A stretch of 54,035 nt of DNA, counting the filler, from Streblomastix strix (taxonomy: Eukaryota): NCBI GenBank assembly GCA_008636045.1. It is 3 parts of 3 records of this genome, joined end to end, with 100 filler letters (N's around TTAATTAATTAA, not from the genome) between each part and the next. Parts side by side here need not be neighbours in the genome. Positions count along the whole stretch, not along the records: positions 1 to 17,952 come from SNRW01000655.1; 2 more parts are not named here. One strand, 5' to 3'. Positions 1-17,100 of the stretch are shown here, in pieces. The notes under the pieces are model-generated. The model did not search any database. It saw only the letters and a list, made by a program, of their open reading frames with translations, and was not told where the DNA came from. Both the position numbers and the translations under genes were made by a program. Position 1 is the first letter of the stretch, and every line of letters starts with the position of its first letter.

Positions 1-419
1 ATAGGAGAAGAATGTTAAATGTGAATATTATTGATAGAATTGTGACTAGTAATCTATGAAGATGAACGAATTCTAACTATTGGACATTATTATTCAGCAT
101 AATTTTGTGATTTATTTTGTGAATTGACTATACTGGGTGATGACAATGATCTCATAAGTGACGACTTCAATTCAGTGTAAGAAAATTTCTGTTGATTATT
201 CTAGTTTAAAGCTGAATTTCGTAGTTGAGGTGATTTTGGAGTTTGTTACATATGATTCCCTTTAAATGCTCTTGATGAATAACTGGTATTTGAACCTACT
301 AACCCATTAATCGAGTGTCTTATGTGTTAAATTTACTCAATTTCTTAATGGGTTGGAGTTCTAGGATAGAATTAGTATTTTGAACCAGAATTTTCTTTAA
401 TTTTCATTAATTTGCTCAT
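1..419 (-). CDS. Hypothetical Ser/Asn/Gln-rich protein, 5' part (runs off window start)
   Basis: ATG at 419; with TAR=Gln the frame is open to position 1 (MSKLMKIKENSGSKYQFYPRTPTHQEIEQ...SLMRSLSSPSIVNSQ...). No recognisable domain. Confidence 0.6.
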
Positions 420-1213
420 TATTCTTCTTGTGTTTGAAAAATATAAAATTAAATATGAATTAATATTGAAACATATACAAGTAAAATTAATTAAATTCAA
501 AATTAGAATAATTGTAATTCATTAGTAGATATATTGCAATTTTAATTTTTATTTATAAAAAACGAGATAGTAAAAGTATCAAAAAGTAAAATGTATTAGA
601 TTTCTTTATAATTGTGTTGTTTGAATATTTTAAATAATTGAACAGTCCAAATACCAACTACATCGAGTTTATTTATTGATTATTTTACAAAGTCGATTTC
701 TATGCTATAAACACTAAATTGAATGTTAAAAGTAAGTTGGAAAGAATCAATTAGAATAGTTACATGTAATTGTTATAAATCATATCAATTAATTATTTAG
801 AATCATTCACTTAAATTATCAAAACACTTCGATGGGAAGACTATTTGATCTCGAAACAATTAGAAAAGTAAACCCAGATTCTAATATATCCACGATTTTA
901 TCAAAACCATATTTATATTTCATCTCTAACTTAATATTTGCATTAAACCTTTTGTTTTATGTCTGACTAAAATTACAAAAAAATCTGTTTACTGATTGAT
1001 TCCCATTATACAAATACAAATATATCACTTATTTCAATTTAATTTTATATTCTCGGCCATTTCACTCAAATATAGCTAATTCAGAACATTGAATATTCCA
1101 ATTTTGCCTCCGATAAATTTTGAACTTAAATTGCAAAATATACACGTTTGAAACAATTATTTTTTTGTTTACTATCTCTAATTTATCTATTATTTTTCTC
1201 CTCTACTTCGAGA

Positions 1214-3100
<1,887 letters not shown>

Positions 3101-3280
3101 TATGTTTAAACAATAAATAAAAGAATACATTTCCCTTTTATTATAGATCCATTTTTAGTATTTGCTATATATTAATATTGTTGTGTTGCTAAAGGATAAA
3201 TAAAGGACAAGATAAGTATAATCAGTGACATGATGTTGACTATTTGAACAATCATCAAATCAAATCATTTCAATAATCGC

Positions 3281-3924
3281 TCATCTTTCTGATCGTACTG
3301 CAAATAGACGCTATGCCCTTCTTAATATTGCATCCTTTGATGAGTCATACTATTAAATTATTATGGAGTTAAAAAATATATAGTAATTATAAACTATAAA
3401 AGTTGGTGTAATAATAATGACAATACTTCTATATTCTTTCCCGGAACTTCAAGAATTGCTGGAAGTGGATTTTCAAACTCCTCAAGTTTGTCTCTTATTT
3501 TTTCTGCAATCTTTTGTGTAAGATATCAACATAAACAGTAAAATTTACTTGAAATAAATAATAATAATCTAATGGACAAACATATTATGTGATAATTAAG
3601 ATGCCAATATCGTGCCTGTGTGTGAATTTATGGAAAGCTTCTTCAATATCCTCTCGGGGAGTTTCTTACATGGAATAAATCAAGAAATAGAAGATTTTAA
3701 TAAATTTATCATACTTATATCAGCAATGAAATAATTAGGCTGTTTTGAATCACTAATATTGCCTAATCCTGTCAATAAGAGTCCTGTGATTAAATCCTGT
3801 ACATTGTCACGTACAGCCAATATCAACAAGTATCACGTAAATAAGTTTGCAAATAGTAATTATTACATACTTCTTCCCCTATAACAGCAACCAGCAAACT
3901 TCCTTCTCGAACTCGGGTTGTCAT
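3281..3924 (-). CDS. ATP6V1F: V-type H+-ATPase subunit F (Vma7), 5 exons
   Basis: Spliced translation MTTRVREGSLLVAVIGEEDLITGLLLTGLG...ETPREDIEEAFHKFTHRHDIGILIITQYIAEKIR...PLPAILEVPGKNIEYDSSKDAILRRAQRLF matches the subunit F family; TGA at 3281-3283. Confidence 0.93.
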
Positions 3925-4704
3925 TTCTAATGATAATTAAGTTTAAAAGAAAAATGTATATGGAAATAAATTGGTTAGATAATTATATTTATTTAATTTA
4001 GATATCAGATGCTCCCAAACAGAAATAATTGGAACAATCAATTGCGCTTTTTTGAATATGTTTAAAATGTATATTTAGTTGTGATAATTAATAAATGAAT
4101 ATAATCAAAATCGCATCATATCTTGAAAATTGTGATTTATTTTATAAAATTTTCATTGTGACTTTTACCTTTAAGGTAAATGAAATCAAGTTGTAAAATA
4201 TACATATAACGTAAAATAATAACAATATATATTTAACTGGAGCAAATAAAAATACAAATTTTGAGTTAAACGGTTGTTGTTGGGAAAATAATAAATTAAT
4301 TGTTGATCAAACGATTTCGCAGCAAATTGTCAAAATATGGACTCATGGTTTAAAAGATATGTTGTTATACTTATAGGGAGCAAAATATATTAGGATATAC
4401 CAGGAGAGTGATTGCTATTCAATATGGCGTAAATTTTATTTTCCACTCACGTTTGAATGCTGGAAGAAGAAATAAATACTCATTTAAGATAAGTTAAAAT
4501 TTCACTCAATTTATTTATCTTTTTGTTTGTTGGCTTAAATTGTTAAATAAATGTAATATAATTTAAGAAAAAATTAATATTTTAAATATTTTAATAGAAT
4601 AATTGAGTAAATTAACTTTATTATTTTTACTTTCAATAATTAAAAAAATTCGGGCAATATTAACAGTATTCATTTGTTACATCTTTATATAATTATCGGG
4701 ATAA

Positions 4705-7700
4705 TCAACACATTCTTGATTTGCATGCTGAAATAATATCTTGGAACAAACCATCCCATGACTACTCTCCAATTCTGATATCTTCAAGTGCATCAATAAG
4801 TTTATAAATATATCCAGTAAATTTGTAAAATGTAATATTATTTTATTTATATTAATTTATTCTGATAATTTGATTTTATTTATCACATTTTGTTATTGAA
4901 TCTAACGAATTTGTTATATCTTGAAGCATAGTTTATTCAGAATTTTTCTTATCATTGTTTTTTAGTAAGAATTTTCGAATTAAACACTTATAAATGATAT
5001 TTCCAATTGAAATATTAGGAGGAAAATAGATGGAGCGATTAATAGATATATTATAAGCAATAGATTTAAAAATATATTTAAATAAAGAAGAAGTTTATTA
5101 ATTGAATTACAATATTTAATTTTTGGAATATTTTTCATCTCCAATTTCCTTTTATAAAAATATTTTATTATATGAACTTTGTTGTGAAGAATCTAATGAT
5201 GAAACAGATTAATTATCAGATGAAAATGACTCAGTAATTGCTTATTTTACAGGATGACTTTAAATCTATTTTTTTTGATTATAAGAAGGATTAAACTCAG
5301 ATGACCTGATTTTAATTAAATTCTATTTAATTTATTTTTTTTCTTTCTTAATTGATAAAATTTCACTGATTGTTATCCATTCATTTTAATTATCTAAATA
5401 TTTCTTTCTTTTATTATTTATTTTTTCAGTATTGATATTATTAAGATCATCTTAACTTATATTTATACCATATAACCCATTATTATCATCATTTCTATAT
5501 TAATTATGATATTTATTGTCAATATATTTATGATATTATTTATTGTGTAATTTATTCCATCTTATTTAATCTTTATCATTATTAAATATTTTCCCCCAAA
5601 TTATTTCACTCATAAGTTTCATTGTCCAATCAAATTAAGATCGAATTTTACATGAGTTAATTTATTATTTTGAATTAGATGTTATTTTTAACAATGGGCG
5701 AAGATGAGAATAACATTGTGGTAATTAATAAGATTAATTTTGTGAAAATTGCTCATACTTTTATTACTAAATATAATTAGATTAATATGAAAGAAAAAAT
5801 TATAGAGGATCTTAAGTAAATTCTTTATAAATCTAACCAAATGAATTATCAACAAAGAAGTTAGGATAATTTTAAGATCTACATAAAGATGAATTAGAAA
5901 AATGAATATTTAATTCATTTTGTTTCTGTTCAGAATTATTTTCCTAATTATTGAGATCCATATTCAAATTATTTATATATGAATTGCAGTTAATATTTTA
6001 TTATTTCATTTCATCAATCTTTAACCTTCGTTTTAAATTCAAATATTTTTCTTTCATTTGATAAATTTCTTTCTTTTTCCATATCTTTTCTTCTTAACAT
6101 GATATTACATTTTTATATAGATTAATATATTTTTATTATTACTCTATGTTTTATCTATATTTAGTAGATTATTAGTTTATACATTTTAATATATTATTAT
6201 TTTTTTCATCTAAATCAAATTATTTTTGATTATTGAGATTAATAATATCAAAATGGTGTGGAATAAAAAATTGATGAATATCATCTATCAGTTTTCTATT
6301 ATGTTCAAATGAACGATTATTCTTAGTAAATTGTTAATCTTTATCAGTTTTCTCATTATTACATTAAGTTATATATTAATTATACTTTTATTATAACTGT
6401 TCAAAATTTTAATTTGAAGAAAATTATATTGGTTTATTTATTTATTTATTAATAAATTAAGGAGATTAATCATTTTAATATAATGAAGGAGGAGTTTGTG
6501 AATATGACAAATGAGTTGAGTGAAATTTTAATAAATCATTATTATTACTAATAGGTGGAAAATTATTAAGATTATCATAAGAGGGTTAAAGTTTATCAGA
6601 TGAGGAAGAAAAAAATGAGGGCGATGAAAGTTTATAAGTTTCAAGTTTATATTATGGTTATGTTGATGTTATTTTTTTATTTAATTTCTATTATTTATTT
6701 TATTGATGAATTGAGTTTTCAAATTATAAAGCAGAAATAGCATCTATGATTTATTAATTAGGCATTTCGGAATGAGATTACTGTTATCTAGGAATTGAAA
6801 TATTGGCTAAGTGAAAGGGGTTTGAGAATGATTATTCCTAAAAATGATGATTATGTGATATAAAAGATTGAGATGAAGAAGAAGATGAAGACAAATTTAT
6901 TTTGCTGCTTTAAGAAGAATCAGATGATTCTGGTTATTCTTATTATTATTATTCTTCTTATTTTTATAGCTCTTATTATTCTTATTATTATTAAATAATA
7001 TTTTCATTTATTTATACTAATGGTTCAAAATAAAATAAAGATGAGTAGAATGTTGGTTTTTAAACTCTCAATAATTTATTGTGAAAGAAAAAATCCTATG
7101 TTTTTGATGAATCTTAAAGATTTAATAATTGATATGAATGTGATTATGAAAAATTTCGTTGGTGGTTAAATGAAAGTTATTGTTATTTCTACTAATGATT
7201 TTATCCCAATAAAATAGATGAAGTAGGAAATTTAGATTGATATTACAATTATTATTGGTTGTCATTAAATGTTGGCAATTTAGTATTATTCAATTTCAAG
7301 TTTTCTTCATATAACTGTTATTACTATAAATATTTTTAATATTTTTATTTTAATAATTCTTTTTAATATTTTTATTTGATTATTTATTAATTTTCATTAT
7401 CATTTAATGTTGTGAATATGTTTTTCTTTATCTCGCTTTCTTTCTATTTTTAATTTTCATTCTGCTTTTCTTTCTCGACTCTTTAAGAGTTATTAAACAT
7501 ATTTATGTCTAATGTGAGATATTACTATTATTATTAAGGCAATGGAAGAGTTTATGAAGAAGAAAAATTTTATTCAGGAGGAAGTGATATTTACTTTATT
7601 TATTTTTGTGGCTATTATTTCAAATTATATTGTTAAAGAAATTTCTATTATTTTTATTTTAAATTAGAATAAAGTGTATTATTATTTGATGAATGAGTTT

Positions 7701-10700
7701 ATTTCATAATTTATTAATATTACAAAGAAAAGTGTAGAGATTAAGAAAATAAATCTTATTCCTTTGATGAGTACTGATATTATTATAATAAATTTGAATA
7801 TTACATTTAATTATTTATAATTTATTCTTTTGAAATGTTCTAAGTTTTTAATTTTTATTTTTATTATTATTATTCTTTCTTTGGTAAAATTCTAATTTTT
7901 TATTTATTTATTCTAGAATCTTAATTTTAATTTTGTAGCGTAATTTAATTTTTCAATTATTAGCATGAGTATTATACTGCAAAAACAGCTTAAATAAACA
8001 TTTATTTTCTGTTATTATCAAAACTATTTATTTTAATTAAACTATTATTTTTCTTCTTTATATTATTTGAAATTAGTAAGTTCATTAAATGATTTGAATT
8101 ATTTCCAAAGTTTTTTTTAATTTTATTATTATTCAAAATTGGTTTAGTTATCGTTGGGAGTATGTTTGGATCATTCAAAATTATTTCATTTAATTTAATT
8201 TCATTTTACTTTATTATTTTAAAGTTTTAAATGTAAGAAGGAATAAAATTTTCGGTTTAATATAAGGAATTTATTATTTGATGGTTAAGGGATCCATTAT
8301 TATTTAATAACTATTGAATTCATAAAGAATTAAAAATAAGTTATGGAGTCAGGAGAATTTTCCTATAAAACTGTTCATCTTCAGATTTATATGTAGGAAA
8401 TATATTATATTCATTATTTTACTACTAATACTTAATTTTACTATTTGATTTACTTTAAAATTCATTTGAAGCCTAAGAAGCAGCAATTTCTTTAATATCT
8501 TGAGTTGAAGTGTAAAATGAGTTATTATGTGTTATATAAAAACTTCTTAGTTCTCTTGTTTATTTAATTGAAGATTATTATTACTTTAAAGATGATTAAT
8601 TTAGAAATAGAGAAAGAAGTTATTATGAAGAAAATAGATATGAGGAAAATAAAGATATAATGATTAATAAAAGATGGTGAGAAATAGAATTATTGTTATT
8701 TTTAAAGAAATTATTAAGGATTTCATTTGCATTAATATCTTAAGCATTAATAAAATCTGTATTGTCTAATTATTCTTCACGTTACCTCGGATTCAATTAT
8801 TCTTATTATATATTTTATTTTTATTTTCTGTTTAATTCAATAAATTATTGTAAAGGAGAATAATAATTATTAATAGTAGTAGAAATTCCTTTAAGTTCGG
8901 GGTTATTTTCATCAATTTTATTTAGTAATTGTTATCTTTAATTTAAAAATTAATTTGATTTTTATTAATGTTTACGAATTTATTATTATATTATATATTA
9001 TATATTATTATACTTTTCTCTATTTCTCATTTTAATTCTATTTTATAATCTATCTTTTTATTTTTCTTCTTATCCTTTAATAAATTTTTCAATTTCTTTC
9101 TCAGAAAATTTTCCTAATTTAATGAACATTCTGTTTCCTTGAAATTTATTTAATTCAAATTACTATCCAAACCATCTTATTATATAAGAATTTTTTGTTC
9201 TTAATGAATAATATTATTAATTATGTTATAATTAGTCAATATTAATATTAATATTGTTGCTATTAATGTTGTTATGGTTGATATTAAAGTTGCTTTACAA
9301 TGGATCTATTTTCACATAAGGTAACTATATAGATGATATAGTTTTATCCCCAAAAATATTATTATTCATAAATAAAGAGAATGAATTATTTTCTTCCAAA
9401 TTGTTAATATCAAATTAATTATAATTCTTTTTCTACTATTAAACATAATTTTTATTATCTTCAAAATAGCTATTTTAATTATTTTCTATTTTTTTTATTT
9501 ACTATTATGATGTGAAGAATGGGAATTTATCAACTAATTAATATTATTATTATTAATCTCTTATGTTTAAGTATTATTCACTAATCTAAGATTGTTATGA
9601 AAGAGTATATTAATTATTTTGTTATTATTCCTAGTTTTCATTAAATTCTATTTTATCAGTTTCTATTATCAATGAAGGAATATGTTTTTATACAAATTAT
9701 CTATAAGAAGAAAGCCAATATGGTAAAATGTTAGAATTACATTTGCATTAGCACTAACAAATATAAGGAAACGAAGAATAATTCGATGAAAATTCTTATT
9801 ATTTACTTTTTTTTATTTTGATTTATTTATTCATTATTTTACAAATAAATAATTTAATAGAAGGTAATGAATTATGCAATGAAATATCATTTTCTATATC
9901 CCATAAAGATTTATATGATAATGGAATTTATGATAGTGATTGTTTACCATTATGATTATTAACTGATTAAAAATTATCAATTTCTTTCTAATCTGTATAA
10001 TCATAAAAAAATTCTTTATCCAATCCTGATAATAATTCATTTTTCTGAAAGCAAAATAATATTCTTTATTCATTTGAATTATTTTATTAAACATTTAATT
10101 GATTTCATTATTAAATTGAAAATATTTATTATAATTATTATGATTTTTAAGCGGAAGTAGAAAACGAAACTAAAGAATTGGATTAAGTAAATGAATTTGA
10201 ATTATTTATTAGTTAATTTTCAATATTAATATTCTCAATCTCATTTTTTCCTCCAATCTCTTATTCCTAATTATTTTATTAATCTGCTTTTTCTTCAATT
10301 TTCAAGTATAGTTTTTTATTCTCATTTGTTAGTTCTTTTTCATTTACTTAATTAGCTATATTCATTTAACTTTATTTTTCATTGTTTTCATTATAAATCT
10401 CATTTACCCTATTTTCATTTATATTAATCAATATTTATTCATCATAAATATTAATATTATCAAGTTCATTAGCTCTAGCAACTTATTGGGCTATACTTGC
10501 TGCAAGTGTTGATCATAAAGCTGATTAATTGAGCTATTGAAATATTTAATATTTTTCAAAAATTTCTTTTTCATCTTTGTTTTATTTTTTAAATAATTTA
10601 TTTATCCAATTACCTTTCATTTTATCATTTAATTCTCTATTATCCTAAATTAACTTAGAAATATTTATTTAGTCTTTATATTCTGATAAAATTTTATTTG

Positions 10701-13577
10701 CCAATTAGGACTCCTTGTCTAATTGCAACGCTAATTCTCTCTATCTAACAATTAGTTCTTAAGAAATTCGTGAATGGCTAAGAGGATAATAACCTAAATA
10801 AAAGTTTATCGCTTATTATTTATAATTATTTTGAAAATTGTTAGAAATAAATCTTTTTATATTAGAAACTGTATTACTTTAGGATATAATTCCTTAATTT
10901 ATGTTTTATTAGCTCTTCAATTGTTCATATTACTTGAATTTCTCTTAATCTTGTATGTTAATATTTCCATTAATTGCAATTTCTTATTACTAATTTACCA
11001 TATTCTAAACTCTATCAGCTGTAAATAGAGCATCTTTGTCTAGAGTATCAACTTTCTTTATCATTGCACTTCCTCCATAAAATTATGATAATTAATCTCC
11101 CAATTAATTATGCAATTAATAAATTGTAGAAATAAGAATAGCTGCGGCTTCATAAGTAAGTTCGATTTGTTATAAATTTAATATTTTTTGTAAAGCAACA
11201 GCAAAAATGCAGATTTATGCACAGTGGGTACGATCTATAGAATCTAAGCAGTTTATTCTCGTAACTCCATTCTGCAAATTAAATATACAAAGACCATCAC
11301 CAATATATATTTTATTTCTTTTGTATTATGATGAGATAAATGGATTAATGAAGTTCTTCTATTTCTTTTGGTTCTAATTTATCTCATATTATTATTAATT
11401 GATTTCAATATATTTTTCAGCATAAAATACATTATGAACAGATACTGAGGCTGAAGCAATTTGGATTAATCTTTAATTAACATTCAAGATTGAATTTGTT
11501 TAACACCTTGAATAGTCAAAAGGAATATAAATGATTTTATATTATTAAGGAAGAATTCTATTAATTGTTGAAATTGCATCAACAAATAATGAATGAAGAG
11601 GAGTTTCTCTTGGTTTTTTTTCATCCAGTTTTAGAAGAGATAATACTACAGTTGGATATCCATATCTGGTCTATAAATCAGCAAAATGGGCAGTGCTTGA
11701 ATCAAATAATGGGTCATGCTTTGGATAATATATTTCAGGCTTAATAATTTGTTCTGTTTTCTATGACCAATATACTGGAACTGTCCCACGACATTATACA
11801 TAAGATCCAATTTTCTATGATGCAAAGCCATCTTCAATAACAATCAGCTCTGTTTCAACATCATTTGCTACCCAACCTCTCTCAGATACGCCCCTCTTCT
11901 AAAATCTTGTTCCAGAATAATGTCTCGATCTTCTTGCAATAATTGTTATCGTGAATTATCTCCCATATAAATAGAATTTTCGTTGAACAAATGAGCCTGA
12001 AATTGCAATGACACAAAAATCAAATAAAGTTTTTTAAATTCCTTTCGCATGTTACAGTAAGTGGCCATTCCATAGAAATATCTCTCTAGTATTTTTTAAT
12101 GAGGGAATTGAACTTATGAAAAATTGTGAGTCATTCTCAACTAAACCACGAGATAATCCATCTGAATTTGATGCGCTTATCATAGCAAGTAGTATTTATC
12201 TAAATTTCATAGCTTTCATTACCGATTTTTAGTACACAGTAAGATTCTATTTATTCTTATTATTTTTAATTTTATTATTATCTGTTTAATTCTTATTACT
12301 ATTAATTTTACATATATTTTATAATTCTTTATCTTTTCTTCTACAAATATCAAATTAAGATTTTAATTCATCTTCAATAGGGAAAGCAGGAATTCTTTAC
12401 TATAACTAGTCTTTATGAATTGTATTTTAATTTTGATATTAATTATAAATCATATTTTCATTTAATAAGGTATTTGTGTGAAGTTCATGAAACGAAGGAA
12501 AATTATTCGTTAGAGAGAATTATTATGATTATAATGAATATGGACCATTATTTTATTAATTTTCAATAATTTTATTATTAGAAGGAGAAATTCTTTATTG
12601 TTAATGTATTAATTTTGATGACTACATATTGCTTGATATAGAATTCGAATGTTTAATATTTGAATTTTAAATTGTAGAAGATGAAGAAAGTGATTCTTTA
12701 GGGTTTGTTAATTTCAACATAATATGTTTTCCTATAATTTTTGATTGGTAATCTGTATCTTTATTTATCTATTTATCATTATTTAAGTTAATATCTTTTT
12801 TATTATGGGCAAATGGGATATTTGTAAGTGAAGGAATAAGTTTTTTAAGTTTTTAACATTATGAAGAAGATCTATGTAGTTTTTATTTTAACTTATTAAC
12901 GTAATAACTATCTTTTTCTTGAGAATATTAGGCAGATAGACAAATGTATTATTAAACTGTTCTTGTTAAATCATAAGTAAAAGAGAAGAAGAAATCGCGA
13001 GTGAAAGGTATTTCATTGAAATATTTTCGGTATCTAAAAGTGACATAAAATACAATTAAAAGAAAATAAATAGAATTAATAAAAATAAGTAAGGAGTAAA
13101 TATAAAAATAAACCTTTCTTCTTCTTTTCTATGCTCTTATGTTATACCCATTGATTTTACGTAAGATTCTGTTGCCAGAGGAATTAAAGATATTTAGTCT
13201 ATTCCATAAATTTCATGTTCATAAACTAACCCTGCAAATCTCGGAACTTTGATGAATATAACGTAATATCCAATAATACCCTTAAAAAATCCAAGAATTG
13301 CACAAGCTTTTGTCAATATTTATAATGATCCATTCTCTTCATCAAATCCAATTTCAGTGTTTGACTGTTTTCTTCCAAGAATCTTATCAATCTCACTACT
13401 TGAATATATTCGTTAATCATCAAACAATTGCAATGTATTTGGAGGTTGTCGATCAATCTTCAGAATTCTATATACATAATTGGAATCAATTCCTTCATTC
13501 ATGAAAGTGGAATTATTTGAAATACGAGAAATGACAAAGATGCGAGACTCTGAACCATAAACTGTGAACTAATGCAT
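4705..13577 (-). CDS. FIG4: FIG4/SAC3-like SAC-domain phosphoinositide phosphatase with very long Q/N-rich insertions and C-terminal extension (about 2930 codons if three internal TGAs are read through)
   Basis: Exon 13577-13114, intron 13113-13034, exon 13033-4705 in one frame. Motifs YRILKIDR, DFFFSFTYDLTRTVQ, ARRSRHYSGTRFQKRG...VANDVETE, RGTVPVYWSQ, catalytic RINCLDSIDRT, GDQLSQFYGGS, KRFISNNF..KQQAINFYLG. Internal TGAs at 10513, 10105 and 8320 make the true C-terminus uncertain. Confidence 0.85.
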
Positions 13578-14184
13578 TAGTTACCTATAATTATATTTAA
13601 TTATAAGTATTATAAATAATATAGTGAATTAATTATTAAATAATTGAAACAATTTGTGTAAATATTAAAAAATAAATTTTCTCATTTATCCATCTTCCTG
13701 CAATAGTTATATGACCTTAAGCATAATTAAATTTGAATCATTCTAATGGATAATTCTAAATGATTGTGGGATGATAATATTATAAGCTAGGGTTCTTAAT
13801 TTGTACCTGGTTTTATAGAATTTATTTTGCTTAATATCTATAGTTACCAATCGATTAAAACGTAGATTATAAATTATGTATTTATAAGTACAGTATAAAA
13901 AATTGTATAATTAATATAAAAATATTGAGATATAAGAGTATAAAATAATGAAAGCTTTTGGATTTATTTGATGTTGGGTAAACCTATTAGGAACTTTCAA
14001 CTATTATCACATTAACTGAATAATAATAAATTTGAAACAGAATTAATGATTAGGCTATAATAGCAAAAAAAACTTGTAGATTTGTCTATCTGATTAAAAA
14101 AATTTTATTATATTCATTTTTATAATCTATTTGTTGCAATATTCTTTTTCTTTTTATTTACAATTCAATAATAAAATACTGATA

Positions 14185-17100
14185 TCATTGTGGTGGTTAA
14201 GATACTTTCTTTGTTCCTCCTCCAAGGAATACATTCTCATTTGTATTGACATCTGATGATGTGCTTGAAGAATCTTATTTTTTCCCAGGAAGCGGAAGTC
14301 GGAGAAGAGATCGGCTGCGTTCTAATATTTCTGATTTAATTCGAGTATAGCTGGATGATTTTTCTAAAACTTATTTTGAAATTGTTATTGCATCCAAAAA
14401 CCTATTTCCTTTCATATAGTTAAAAGCAAGCATATATCCAATTACTGGATCAGTCTTCTCTCGTAACTTCCAACATTATTCATAGTTTTCAGCTGCATTA
14501 ACAAAGCTCTTTTCTTATTCGAAGACATAGCCAAGCAATTCATGTGCGGTTGCACTTGATTTATTTAATGCTATACATTTCTTGCAATAATCCTCTGGTA
14601 TATCAAATTTTTTTGCCTAAAAAAAGTTTATTAAAAAAAATTAATCTTTATCATTTACTAATAATAAATTCTAATAATAAATTTACAAATAAAATTCAAA
14701 ATACAAACTTTTATATAAATTTGAGCAAGCATGAGATAAGCACGCTCAAATTCTTCAAAGAGTGGAGGAATTGGACTAAATTATGTTATAGACTTTAGAT
14801 ACGTTTTTGATTTTTGGTCCACACCCTTCCGTGTGTAATAATGTGCAAGGCCAAGAAGAACTGGCACTCCAATCACATCTGTAAGTTGTTCACGTTTTTC
14901 TTCTAAAGATTGAAGATGAAAACTAACATCATTTCTTGGACCATCGATATCAGCATCTCCATCTTTTTCTTCCTTTTTTCTTTTATCTTTCTTCTTCTTA
15001 TTTCTCCCAACACCTTCATTAAATGCACCTCCAAAGTCATCTAATTATATTCCTCCAAATTCAAGAGCTACAAGGATGTAGAACTCAAGAACTTATAAAT
15101 CAAGCATCTCTGATGATGTAACAGTCTGTCCTCCTACAGTTCTTGATGCTCCTTATGCAGTGATTAGTGAGTTCTTTCTAACTTTACTCTAACCAGTACT
15201 ATCTTCTTTATTTATCATTCCTTATGCTTCACGTATTAAAGTAAGTGCTGTAATTAAACCATCAGCTTCATCCTTATCAATAGTTTATGATTATTCTGTT
15301 ATAGTTAATTGTTATTTGGAATTTAAATTCAACAATACAAAATGATTAAATAATTGCAAACATGAACTATCGTATGCCGGACCAGCTTTGCTAGTTCGAT
15401 CGAATTCGGAGCTCAAATAAATTCGAGCCATCTGTGATGCAGCAGGAATGCCCCATGTAATATCTCGTCTACATAGATTGAAATGATCAAGTGCAGAACG
15501 ATTGTCATATCGATATCTATTGGCGAGTATTAAAGTAATTTTATTGTTGATAAAATAAAAATATTTCTTCAAACCTCTAATAGCATCCAAAGCAAAAGTT
15601 AAGACCAGGTTCAATGCTCCCTGTTGCTCGTAACGATTCTCTCTTTGCAGCATCAAGCAATGGAGGAATTTGGTTCATATCACCTAATAAAACAATTATA
15701 AAATATTATAATTAATTAATTGAAAAAAAACCTGCTCGATATAAAAGTTAAATTGTTTTATGCAGAGCTGTATAATGACGTGGATTTTCATCCAAAAGGC
15801 CGTGAAATTTATCTGCAGTGTCTTTGAAATCTTTCTTTCGGAATCTTTATAAAAAATATTGAATATAATCATATAACTTCAAAGTTAAAAATGAATAAAT
15901 ATACTTTACATCTGCAAGCATCATTAAAGCATCTTCATTGTTAGGGTCAACTCTAAGCATTTATTCGCAATTATCTTCACATGCATCATAATTTCCAGTT
16001 GCCATAAGAAGTTTAGAAAGAGCTTTCAAAGCTTACATTGATCCTTTATCATTTTGAAGTGCTTCAGAATAAGAACGACCTGCTTCATCTGAATCTCCGC
16101 GTAGTTCAAATAGATTTGCTCTATGAAGACACAGTTCAGCCATGATGAAGTGTTCAAGTCCTCTTCTACTACCTTCCCTGCTTGGGTCATCAACTGATTC
16201 ATGATCAAGGCCGCTTAAACTTCCTGATCCAATTCCAAGTTCAGTTTATGCTCGTTCAGAACCAAGAAGAGAGTCTTCTTCGTTTGGCTCTGCAGCAGCA
16301 TCAGCTCCAATACGAGTGAGATGAGTAAGAATCTGTTGTTGAATGGTGATTGCACGCTGGATCATAACTGATGCTTCATCCAACCGACCCATCGACATCA
16401 ATACATCGCCCATGACAAGTATATCTGCAACTGTTTCCTTAGAGTGCTCAACACTAAAAATCTAATTTATATCATCATCATCATAACCATCTTCAATATT
16501 AGCAGCTCCACCACGTTTCTGAGCTTCTTCTGAATCAATTTCGTTAATTGAAACAGAGATTATATTTTCTGCATCAGAAAAATCTCGAAGCTTGATATAA
16601 AGTCTGGCTAATTCTCTTCTTAAAGGAGTACGCTGTGAAACTTATCTTAAATCACTATCTATATGTTTTCCTTCCTACTATCTTTAGATACATTTGCGAT
16701 AAAATTCTACAGCACGGCGGAAGTTATGGAGAGCTACGAGTGTTCGACCTATCTTAATCTCCAGAGCAACTTCACTAAGACCAACTTCATTCAATTCTTC
16801 TGCTGATAGTTCATTGACTTCTCCAAATTCTTGAAGATTTGATTTTCCAAACCCTTCTTTACCCCAATTATCGTCGCTAATATTATCTCCTTCATCAACT
16901 TCATCAACATCATCATTTGCATCCCAATCATCATTGTCTTACTCATTCTTCTTAGATATCTTCACTCGTCTATGCTCTGCTCCATCTCTTCCTCTTCCAA
17001 TTCCTTCTCCATTCTTACCTCCTGCAAGAAGTCTGGTCGCTTTTAATTGAGCTTCTGCTCCTAATTTTCCTCCCCATAATTGATGAAGAGCTAAAAAATA

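Noticed and set aside
4180..4720. TGA-free plus-strand frame of about 180 codons between V-ATPase F and FIG4
   Set aside because: With only one stop codon such frames arise by chance; the translation is not protein-like and has no recognisable motif.
13711..13975. Short plus-strand open frame between FIG4 and IFT139
   Set aside because: No motif or convincing splice structure; probably promoter or UTR.
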